DNA of 64,000 bases, from NCBI GenBank assembly GCA_015063785.1, contig SVTM01000005.1, positions 35,841 to 99,840 of the forward strand, read 5' to 3'. Position 1 is the stretch's first letter. Each line of letters begins with the position of its first letter. The position numbers and the translations under genes were made by a program. The DNA is from Oscillospiraceae bacterium. GTDB lineage: Bacteria > Bacillota > Clostridia > Oscillospirales > CAG-382. The notes beneath the pieces are model-generated. The model searched no databases. It saw nothing but the letters and a program-made list of their open reading frames with translations, and was not told the DNA's origin. Positions 49,851 to 58,090 of the stretch are shown piece after piece.

Positions 49851-50900
49851 ATGAAAATGTCATTCCGCTGGTATGGCGAGCAGGACCCTGTAAGTCTTGA
49901 GTACATATCGCAGATCCCTGCCATGCGCAGCGTCGTTTCGGCAGTATATTCGGTTCCTGTCGGCGAGATCTGGCCGATGGAAGAGATTCTTAAGATCAAA
50001 AAGGCGTGCGAAGACCACGGACTTATCTTTGATATTGTGGAAAGCGTTCCCGTGCACGAGGATATCAAGCTCGGCAAACCCACTCGTGACAAGTACATCG
50101 AGGTTTATTGCCAGAACATCCGCAACCTTTCCAAGGCAGGAGTAAAAGTTATCTGCTACAACTTCATGCCCGTTTTTGACTGGTTGAGATCCGACCTTTC
50201 CCACGTTAATGCCGACGGCTCCACCTCGCTTGTTTACCGCGACGAAACGGTGTTGGCGATGGACCCCAGAAAGGGTGACCTTTCGCTTCCCGGTTGGGAT
50301 TCGAGCTATACAAAAGAAGGTCTTGGCGCGCTTCTTGAAGAATACAAGAGCGTAGACGAAGAAAAGCTTTGGGAAAATATGGAATATTTCCTCAAGGGAA
50401 TTATTCCCACCTGCGAGGAGTGCGACGTCAAAATGGCGATCCACCCGGACGATCCGCCATGGGGCATTTTTGGTCTTCCCAGAGTTATTACCTGTGAAGA
50501 AAATCTCGACCGCTTCTTAAAGCTTGTCGATTCGCCCTACAACGGACTTACTTTCTGCACAGGCTCTCTCGGCGTTGATCCCAAAAACGACATTCCCTCT
50601 ATGGTCAGAAAATATTCCGCCATGGACAGAATCCCCTTTATGCACATCAGAAATATCAAGTTCACTGGCGAGCGCGACTTTGACGAGACCGCATACAAAA
50701 CCGAATACGGTTCGCTTGATATCTACGGTATCGTAAAAGCTCTTGTGGAAACAGGTTTTGACGGCTATATCCGTCCCGACCACGGCAGAATGATCTGGGG
50801 CGAAACAGGCAGACCCGGCTATGGTCTTTATGACAGAGCCATGGGCGCGGCATATATCAACGGCCTTTGGGAAGCCATAGAAAAGGACAGCAAGAAATAA
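49851..50900 (+). CDS. uxuA: Mannonate dehydratase
   Basis: [40 protein letters not shown]. Confidence 0.96.
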   Translation: MKMSFRWYGEQDPVSLEYISQIPAMRSVVSAVYSVPVGEIWPMEEILKIKKACEDHGLIFDIVESVPVHEDIKLGKPTRDKYIEVYCQNIRNLSKAGVKVICYNFMPVFDWLRSDLSHVNADGSTSLVYRDETVLAMDPRKGDLSLPGWDSSYTKEGLGALLEEYKSVDEEKLWENMEYFLKGIIPTCEECDVKMAIHPDDPPWGIFGLPRVITCEENLDRFLKLVDSPYNGLTFCTGSLGVDPKNDIPSMVRKYSAMDRIPFMHIRNIKFTGERDFDETAYKTEYGSLDIYGIVKALVETGFDGYIRPDHGRMIWGETGRPGYGLYDRAMGAAYINGLWEAIEKDSKK

Positions 50901-50905
50901 GCCAC

Positions 50906-51256
50906 ATGGAGATAAAGCGTTTTACAAAAAACGATGCAGGCTTTGTTTGTGAAAATTGCGGTTTCGAGGTCATGCCGCTGGGCAAGACCAGCAGAAATCA
51001 TTGTCCACGGTGTTTGTGTTCGATACACATTGATGTAAACCCCGGCGACCGAGCTTCGGATTGCCTGGGACTTCTCGTGCCCATCCTTTGCGAGCCCGAC
51101 CCCAAAAAAGGCTATGTAATAACTCACAAGTGCAAAAAATGCGGCGATGTTCGCCGCAATAAGGCCGCCCTGAAACTTTCGGCAAAGGATACTTTGCCCG
51201 ACGATCAGTATGACAGCGAAGAGCTGTTGATAAAATTGACGGTTTGCAGAGAATAG
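50906..51256 (+). CDS. RNHCP domain protein
   Basis: FVCENCG, RNHCPRCL, PGDRASDC, HKCKKCG. Confidence 0.9.
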   Translation: MEIKRFTKNDAGFVCENCGFEVMPLGKTSRNHCPRCLCSIHIDVNPGDRASDCLGLLVPILCEPDPKKGYVITHKCKKCGDVRRNKAALKLSAKDTLPDDQYDSEELLIKLTVCRE

Positions 51257-51266
51257 GAGAAGTATT

Positions 51267-52019
51267 GTGATACATTCATTTTTGCTTATCGGCCAGTCAA
51301 ACATGGCAGGCAGAGGTTTTCTTGCCGAAGCCCACGAGATAGATACAAAAAATATAATTCTTTTTCGCTCGGGTCGTTGGACGGCGTTTCACCGCCCTGT
51401 TCAGCCCGACAGAAGTTTTTCGGGAGTAAACCTTGCCGAAAGCTTTGCCGAAAAATATGCCGCAGAACGCGGAGTTTCGGTGGGACTTATCCCCTGTGCC
51501 GATGGCGGCACCTGTCTTGATCAATGGCAGGAGGGCAGCCTTCTTTATGATAATGCCGTAAACTGCGCCCGTCTTGCACAGCGCACCTCCACTATCGCAG
51601 GCGTGCTTTGGCATCAGGGTGAAGGAGATTGCTACGATGGCAGACAGCACGTTTATTACGAAAAGCTTGAAAAGATCTTTGCGGCATTGCGTCGCGATCT
51701 TGACCTTTACGACGTGCCTTTTCTCGTTGGAGGTCTGGGAGATTTTATTGAGATCTACGGAAACGGCGGCCTTGCCGAAGGGTTCAGAGTTGTGAATCCT
51801 GAGCTCGAACGCTATGCAAAAGATCACGAAATGACAGGCTTTGTCAGCGCAAAAGGCTTGAAACCCAATCCCGACAACCTTCATTTTTGCGCCGACGCTC
51901 TTTATGAATTTGGTCTTCGGTACTACGAAGAATTCAAAAAGCACGAGGACAAAAACAAGGTCTTCGCCGAACGGTCCACCCAAGATTCTGCGATCAGAAC
52001 GGTGTTTGAAGCACTTTGA
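51267..52019 (+). CDS. Sialate O-acetylesterase / CE6 (SASA) family esterase
   Basis: GQSNMAGRG, WHQGE, DNLHF. Confidence 0.92.
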   Translation: MIHSFLLIGQSNMAGRGFLAEAHEIDTKNIILFRSGRWTAFHRPVQPDRSFSGVNLAESFAEKYAAERGVSVGLIPCADGGTCLDQWQEGSLLYDNAVNCARLAQRTSTIAGVLWHQGEGDCYDGRQHVYYEKLEKIFAALRRDLDLYDVPFLVGGLGDFIEIYGNGGLAEGFRVVNPELERYAKDHEMTGFVSAKGLKPNPDNLHFCADALYEFGLRYYEEFKKHEDKNKVFAERSTQDSAIRTVFEAL

Positions 52020-52030
52020 CGAAAAGCATG

Positions 52031-52057
52031 AAAACCCGCCGTATGGCGGGTTTTTTT
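52031..52057 (+). terminator. Intrinsic terminator
   Basis: AAAACCCGCC/GGCGGGTTTT plus T tract. Confidence 0.88.
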
Positions 52058-52178
52058 GATGTGTGATACCATTTTAACATAGCAGAAAAAGAACAATTTT
52101 CAGCAAGAAACTCCATTGTGTTTACGGACAAAATATGATACATTATAGTTGAACAACAAATACGAAAGGAATATCTTT

Positions 52179-53867
52179 ATGATCGAAACAAGAATTTACG
52201 ATTCGCTCGTGCCTGTTTATCCCGACAGAGAGCCTGTGGGAAAGGTGAAAAAGACCTTTTTTATGTGTGAAAACCAGCCTGTTTCTTTTCAGATGGCTTT
52301 TAAGATGACCGACGGAAGTGCAAAAAACTGTGATTTTCACATAAAAACCACAACAGATCTTCCCGTCAGCATTTATTACATAAACAACGTTCCGTTTCTT
52401 CACGCGTCCACCATTGACACGGGTATGCAGACGGGACTTTTCCCCGACATTCTTGTGCCGAAAAAGACAAACCCCACCCTTCGCGTACATCAGTATTTCG
52501 GAAATGATCTTGTAACCGAGCAGGACGAAAAGGTGCGCCTGCGCGCTTATGACGACAGCTGGCAGGCAGTTTGGTTTGCGGTGAACGAGGATGCAAAAAC
52601 CGTTGAGGCAGGTATTCACAAGCTGAAATTTGAACTTTTTGACCGAAACGAAAAACCTTGTGGTGACGCCGAGGCGGAAATAGAAGTTCTTCCCGTAAAG
52701 CTTGGTGCACAAAAGCTTATGTACACCAACTGGTTCCACAACGATTGTTTGGCTGACATTTACAATGTGGAAGTTTTTTCGGATAAGTATTTCGAGATTT
52801 TTCAAACTTACGTAAAGACCGCCACCAAAAACGGCATGAACATGATTCTTATGCCTGCCTTTACTCCGCCTCTTGATACTCCTCCCGGCGGCGAAAGAAT
52901 GACGGTTCAGCTTGTCAAGGTTACAAAGAAGGGAAAGAAATACACCTTTGATTTCAGCTTGATGAAAAAATTCGTCGATATCTGCCGTAAAAACGGAATC
53001 AGATATTTTGAACATTCCCATTTGTTCACCCAATGGGGAGCAAAGGCGGCGCCCAAGATCGAAGCATACGTGGGAGGACGCAAAAAGAAGATTTTTGGTT
53101 GGGAAACCGATTCGGCATCGAAGGAATATGCAGATTTTCTTACCCAATATATCACAGAGCTCAAAAAATTTCTCAAGGAAGAAAAGCTTGAAAAGAAGAT
53201 TCTTTTCCACGTTTCAGACGAACCTCAGGAAGAACACATTCCCCACTATTCGGTGGCTTTCAATACGGTGTCGGAGCTTTTGAAGGACTATATGATGGGC
53301 GACGCTCTTTCGCACTTTGAAATATACGAGAAGGGCATTTGCAGAAACCCCATCGTTATGACCGCGGACATCAAGCCTTTTCTTGGCAAAGTGAAAAACC
53401 TTTGGGCGTATTATGTCGGCTCGGCGGCAACCATGGGTGCATCGAGCAACAGAACTTTTCACATTCCTCGAGAGCGCAACAGAATGTTGGGCGTTCAGCT
53501 GTTCTATCACGACATAAAGGGATTTTTGCACTGGGGCTACAACAATTATTATGGCGAACTCAGCCAGTATCTTTTTGATCCTGCCCTTAATCCCTGCGGA
53601 GGCTTTGCGCTGGCAGGTACGTCATTTTTTGTTTATCCTGCCTTCAACGGCGGATGCTATCAGTCGGTCAGACAAAAGATTTTTTACGAAGGTCTTGTGG
53701 ATATGCGTCTTCTCGAGCTTTTGAAAAAGCTTGTGGGAAAAGAAGCGTGCAACTCGCTTATCGAAAAGCATTTTGGTGTTCCGTCTTTTGACGTTTCGCC
53801 GCGCGATGCCGGGAACTTTGCAGAATTTATCGACGAAGTGTATGAAACGATAAAGCAGAACATATAA
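52179..53867 (+). CDS. DUF4091-containing putative glycoside hydrolase (GH123-like)
   Basis: TNWFHNDC, SHLFTQWG, HVSDEP, GFLHWGYN, FFVYP, EGLVD. Confidence 0.8.
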   Translation: MIETRIYDSLVPVYPDREPVGKVKKTFFMCENQPVSFQMAFKMTDGSAKNCDFHIKTTTDLPVSIYYINNVPFLHASTIDTGMQTGLFPDILVPKKTNPTLRVHQYFGNDLVTEQDEKVRLRAYDDSWQAVWFAVNEDAKTVEAGIHKLKFELFDRNEKPCGDAEAEIEVLPVKLGAQKLMYTNWFHNDCLADIYNVEVFSDKYFEIFQTYVKTATKNGMNMILMPAFTPPLDTPPGGERMTVQLVKVTKKGKKYTFDFSLMKKFVDICRKNGIRYFEHSHLFTQWGAKAAPKIEAYVGGRKKKIFGWETDSASKEYADFLTQYITELKKFLKEEKLEKKILFHVSDEPQEEHIPHYSVAFNTVSELLKDYMMGDALSHFEIYEKGICRNPIVMTADIKPFLGKVKNLWAYYVGSAATMGASSNRTFHIPRERNRMLGVQLFYHDIKGFLHWGYNNYYGELSQYLFDPALNPCGGFALAGTSFFVYPAFNGGCYQSVRQKIFYEGLVDMRLLELLKKLVGKEACNSLIEKHFGVPSFDVSPRDAGNFAEFIDEVYETIKQNI

Positions 53868-53871
53868 AACA

Positions 53872-53899
53872 TTCCCCTCGGGCAAAAACCGAGGGGAAA
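53872..53899. terminator. Terminator between convergent genes
   Basis: TTCCCCTCGG/CCGAGGGGAA. Confidence 0.8.
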
Positions 53900-53903
53900 T
53901 GTT

Positions 53904-54782
53904 TCATATTTTAAGATTCATCAGCACTACGGCAACTATGCCGATTGCAACGCTTGCAATCTGTCTTCGCGAAAACTTTTCGCGGAAAAGCAACAGCGAT
54001 ACAAAAAAGCTGATCACGATGCCCAAGCCCGTTTTTACCGGAGAAATGAACGAAAGGGGCAGATAGTTGTAGGTGATAAGGGTGAGAAGATTGTTTATTC
54101 CGTTGAAAACACCTGCAAATATTCCATAGACAAGGCCGTATCTGAAGGTCGATTTGAAATCTTTGCGCTCAAAGATAAACCCGAGGATAAAGAGGATGAT
54201 CGCTGCGCCACCGAGTGATATTATCAGAAATTCGTTGTTAAATCCGTCGCCAAGGTGATCGTGTTCGACTTTCCCGATTATGGCAATAATCGCGTTTGAG
54301 ATCACCGTCAGAAGTGTGCAGACCAGCCATCCGACCGTGAGCTTTTTGTCTTCTTTTTCACCTTTTGTGTAGTTCATCAGAAAAACAGAGGCGAAGATGA
54401 GAACAAGGGCCACGTAGGTTATGGGATATGTCGGCTCTTTAAGGAAGATTATACCGTAAAAAATGGGGATTATACCGCTGAAGGCAGTGAAAAGACGGGT
54501 AAGTCCAAAGGATCCCGACCGAAAGGCAAGATAGGTGGTGTAAAAACCCGTGGCATACATGAAGCAGTTGGCAATGCCGTACTGAATTACCTCGTGCGAA
54601 AAATGCAGACCGTTTTTGTCTGTTACAAAAAAATATACCATGGCGAAAAGGCAGATGATGGCGTTGAAATGCATTCCGCCCGAACCGTGCTTTTTGCCGT
54701 GCTGTTTCACAAGGATCGCTTCAAACTGATGGCAGATAAGCCCTGCAATTATCAGCAGCATCCCGATCATGCTTTCTTTCAT
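53904..54782 (-). CDS. DMT/EamA-like 10-TM transporter
   Basis: Two repeats ending IIFLKE and LLFREK. Confidence 0.8.
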   Translation of the reverse strand: MKESMIGMLLIIAGLICHQFEAILVKQHGKKHGSGGMHFNAIICLFAMVYFFVTDKNGLHFSHEVIQYGIANCFMYATGFYTTYLAFRSGSFGLTRLFTAFSGIIPIFYGIIFLKEPTYPITYVALVLIFASVFLMNYTKGEKEDKKLTVGWLVCTLLTVISNAIIAIIGKVEHDHLGDGFNNEFLIISLGGAAIILFILGFIFERKDFKSTFRYGLVYGIFAGVFNGINNLLTLITYNYLPLSFISPVKTGLGIVISFFVSLLLFREKFSRRQIASVAIGIVAVVLMNLKI

Positions 54783-54880
54783 AAACTGCCTCCGAGTATT
54801 TTGATACATGTATTATATCACATTGCGGCAAATAGTAAATATAAAAATTCCATGTTTTGATGGAATTTTTCTATTTTGGG

Positions 54881-54922
54881 GAAAACAAGAGCTCATCCGT
54901 TTCGGAAAAACAGACGAGCTCT
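54881..54922 (-). terminator. Intrinsic terminator after the glycyl radical enzyme gene
   Basis: Minus-strand stem AGAGCUCGUCUGUUU/AAACGGAUGAGCUCU (with G-U pairs) then UGUUUU. Confidence 0.65.
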
Positions 54923-54932
54923 ATTTCTTTTT

Positions 54933-56897
54933 TCATACGCAGTATTCTGTTCTGTCAATAACTGTCTGTTGCAATTCGGGGGTCAGACGGTTGAAATATT
55001 CCGAATAACCGCCGATGCGAACGATGAGATTTCCGTGTACATCGGGATTTTTGACGGCATCAATCAGATCTTCCTTGCTGACGCAGGTTATTTGCATCTG
55101 CATACCGCCATTTTTGAAATATCCGTTTGCCAGAGCCTTTATGGTTTTTGATGCCTGCTTTGCGCTGAGTTTTACGTTAAGAATCGGTGTTCCAGGCATT
55201 TTTTGTTGGCAAAGGCTTGATGCGCTGTTAAGAAGTGCTGTGATACCGGATTTGTCGTTTCCGTGTATTGAACCTATCGAATCGCATAAAGGATCGCCTG
55301 CGGCTCTGCCGTCGGGGGTGCCACCAACGCACTTTCCTGCATCGGTATATGTGGTAAACTGGATCGAAGCAGGCAAAAATTTTCCGCCCGAATATGGGAT
55401 TTTGCCGTCAAACAAAGAGCACACGTCAAAGGTCAGGCGCTGTGCCATGGTGTTGGCTTCGTCGGAATCTGTGCCGTGACGGGGGATTTCCTGAAAATTC
55501 AGGAAATTGACTCCCTCGTCAAGATGCTTTAACACCTGCTCGCCGCTGAACTTGCGACCGTCAAACACGAGATGCTTTATGACAAGCAGCGAATCCAAAA
55601 CGTTGATAAGTCCTGCCAGGTTGATGACACTCCAGGTATATCTTGCGCCGCCGTCATTGTAGTCCTTTTCTTTTTCAATACAATCGTCGATAAGTAGTGT
55701 ACGCATCGGCTGTGGGCGGAACTGTGCACGCGATTTTTGGCATTCACACACCTTGTCAAGCACGGCGGATATCTCCTGACGGCATTTTTCGATAAACTCT
55801 TTGTAAAACCCATCAAAACTTTCGGCGGACGGCAATTTTTCTCGCATAAAACGTTCGAAGATCAGAGCGACGTTTATGCCCGCATCCAGCGAGCCGACGT
55901 TGCTGATGCCCGTGAGCATGGTTTCGGTACATCCGCCGCCGCAAAAACGAAGTCTGTCCTCCTTTGGAATATCGGGAAAAAGGTCGTAAAGGGCTTTTTG
56001 ATAACCGTCTTCGTTGTATAAGCTGGGCGAGCCTCCGCCGGCAAGGATGGAATCTATCGCCGCATCCCAGATTTCCTGCGGCATATCGGGCGTGACTCTC
56101 AATTCAAGGCTTGGCCTGCGCATTCCCTTGCAGGCTTTAAGGCATTGCAGAGTCAGTGGATTGTATTCGGGACCAAGACATCCCGACCAGCCGTTGTTTG
56201 CGTCGATATTCCAGAAAAGACATCTGAAGGTTTCGGTCATATCCTCGCCGCGGTAAAAATCAAAAAGATCGGCGTCGAGATGGCCTATATTGTCGCAACC
56301 GTCCATGTAATATACAAAATTCCAGCAAACCAGAGCTTCATACAGCGTTTCGGCAGGGCCAAAGGGGACTTTTTCAAGCGCTTTGCACAATTCGCTTTTG
56401 GGAGCTCTTTTTTTCAGCAGATCAAGAGAACGCCCGTGAAAGCTTTTTATTCCGTCAAGTACGTCCAAAAGGCCCTGGCGCAGATTATCGTTTTTCATTT
56501 TTTCCACGCGCTGACGGTAGGAGGAAAGTCCTTCGCGCACGATACGGCGGAAATTCGGAAAAGAGTGGGTGTACATATTGCCGCCGACGGTATGTTCGTT
56601 GGGGACAGTGAGTTTGTAAACGTCAATATCCTGTCTTAAGACCTGAGTTGCGATCGGATCCTGCTGCCCAAGTCCGTCCCAGTCGACTGCTACCGTGTAT
56701 GAATAGTCGGGGCGTACGCACAGACCGACGTAAAAAGGTCCGCAGGGATAAAGAGGCTCGCCGCCGTATTCGGGCAGAGGACGGTTTTCAAGATATCGCC
56801 GTGTTGCCCGTGAAAAACGGACGAAGGGCGATGCGTTCGGCTCCTCGTAAAAACCTGCCGCATAGTATTCGTTCAATTTTTTGAATCTTTCCACCAT
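54933..56897 (-). CDS. Glycyl radical enzyme (PFL-like), short, substrate unknown
   Basis: C-terminal LIVRIGGYSEYF glycyl loop; GGCTE Cys loop; TPDGR. Confidence 0.9.
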   Translation of the reverse strand: MVERFKKLNEYYAAGFYEEPNASPFVRFSRATRRYLENRPLPEYGGEPLYPCGPFYVGLCVRPDYSYTVAVDWDGLGQQDPIATQVLRQDIDVYKLTVPNEHTVGGNMYTHSFPNFRRIVREGLSSYRQRVEKMKNDNLRQGLLDVLDGIKSFHGRSLDLLKKRAPKSELCKALEKVPFGPAETLYEALVCWNFVYYMDGCDNIGHLDADLFDFYRGEDMTETFRCLFWNIDANNGWSGCLGPEYNPLTLQCLKACKGMRRPSLELRVTPDMPQEIWDAAIDSILAGGGSPSLYNEDGYQKALYDLFPDIPKEDRLRFCGGGCTETMLTGISNVGSLDAGINVALIFERFMREKLPSAESFDGFYKEFIEKCRQEISAVLDKVCECQKSRAQFRPQPMRTLLIDDCIEKEKDYNDGGARYTWSVINLAGLINVLDSLLVIKHLVFDGRKFSGEQVLKHLDEGVNFLNFQEIPRHGTDSDEANTMAQRLTFDVCSLFDGKIPYSGGKFLPASIQFTTYTDAGKCVGGTPDGRAAGDPLCDSIGSIHGNDKSGITALLNSASSLCQQKMPGTPILNVKLSAKQASKTIKALANGYFKNGGMQMQITCVSKEDLIDAVKNPDVHGNLIVRIGGYSEYFNRLTPELQQTVIDRTEYCV

Positions 56898-57005
56898 ATC
56901 ACAATACCTCCGATATATTTCTACTTGTATTCTAACGCGGCTTGTGGTATTATTATAGTAATATTATTCCTGACTTCGAGTAAAAACGTTTCAAAAGGAG
57001 ATTTT

Positions 57006-57872
57006 ATGGATATACCAAAACTAAATATCGCCGTTGAAAAAGCGCATTGGAGCCACGCCGACAACTTTGAGGGCGGCGAATGCGAATATATAAAATCCTT
57101 TGTTCACCGAAATTATACAATAGGATATCACACTCACAGTTTTTATGAACTCAATATTGTTCTGGGCGGCGAAGGGTGTCACTATATCAGACAAATGTCG
57201 TGCCTTGCAAAGCCCGGATGCGTTTTTCTAATCCCTCCGCACGTACAGCACGGATATATAAACAAGAGCGGTCTTGATGTTTATCACATGTTGATACACA
57301 GGGATTTTATTGACGATTGCTTTGCGGAATTTAAAAACACAGAAGGCTTCTTCCTTTTGTTTGAAACAGAGCCGTATCTGCGTGCGCACTATAACGAGAA
57401 TATGTTTCTCACCCTGTCGCAAGGGGAGCTTGCGCAGATAAAGCAGGATATCGACGTGATAAACGAATGCGAGGCTTTGCACAACGCCAACCTTTTTATC
57501 AACGCCATCGCAAAAAAGATATTGTGCCAGCTTTGCCTTCTTATCACAAAGCAATCGGGTATTGCAGGCGATCATCTGCAGGCAAAAAAGGAATTGATAG
57601 GGGTTGCCGATTGTCTGAATTACATCCATCAGAATTTCGGCGAAAAGCTGCCCGTTTCCGAGCTTGCGGACAAGCTTCATATGTCCCGTTCAACTTTTAT
57701 ACGGCAATTCACAAAGATCTGCGGATGCTCCCCCCACGAATATATTCAGCAGTACCGCATAAAAAAGGCAAGGGAATATCTGAAAGATCCCACAAAAACG
57801 GCATCGTTTGTGGCGCAGGAATGCGGTTTTTACGATGCATCCCACATGAGAAAATATTTGTCGGCAGAATGA
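57006..57872 (+). CDS. AraC family regulator
   Basis: HTHSFYEL cupin; HMSRSTFIRQF; VAQECGFYDASH. Confidence 0.92.
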   Translation: MDIPKLNIAVEKAHWSHADNFEGGECEYIKSFVHRNYTIGYHTHSFYELNIVLGGEGCHYIRQMSCLAKPGCVFLIPPHVQHGYINKSGLDVYHMLIHRDFIDDCFAEFKNTEGFFLLFETEPYLRAHYNENMFLTLSQGELAQIKQDIDVINECEALHNANLFINAIAKKILCQLCLLITKQSGIAGDHLQAKKELIGVADCLNYIHQNFGEKLPVSELADKLHMSRSTFIRQFTKICGCSPHEYIQQYRIKKAREYLKDPTKTASFVAQECGFYDASHMRKYLSAE

Positions 57873-57876
57873 AGGC

Positions 57877-57922
57877 AAAAGAGCGTACCCGTTTTTGTTT
57901 AAAACGGGTACGCTCTTTTTTC
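57877..57922. terminator. Bidirectional intrinsic terminator
   Basis: AAAAGAGCGTACCCGTTTT/AAAACGGGTACGCTCTTTT. Confidence 0.88.
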
Positions 57923-58008
57923 TTGCAGACAATGAGATCGGATATTTCTTCAAATTGCAAAGCTTTGCCTCAAATCTCTGTTGGCAAAATTTTCAGGCGG
58001 GTTGCCCA

Positions 58009-58022
58009 GACACAAGGAAAAT
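58009..58022 (+). repeat. 14-bp direct repeat copy A (putative att site)
   Basis: GACACAAGGAAAAT identical to 62274-62287; lies inside an AATTTTC-22bp-GAAAATT inverted repeat (57988-58023). Confidence 0.7.
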
Positions 58023-58090
58023 TGCCCCGTCCCCAAACTGTTCGCAAGTATTTCTTGTTGCGGTGGGGGATTTTGCGTTGTGATTGTGTA

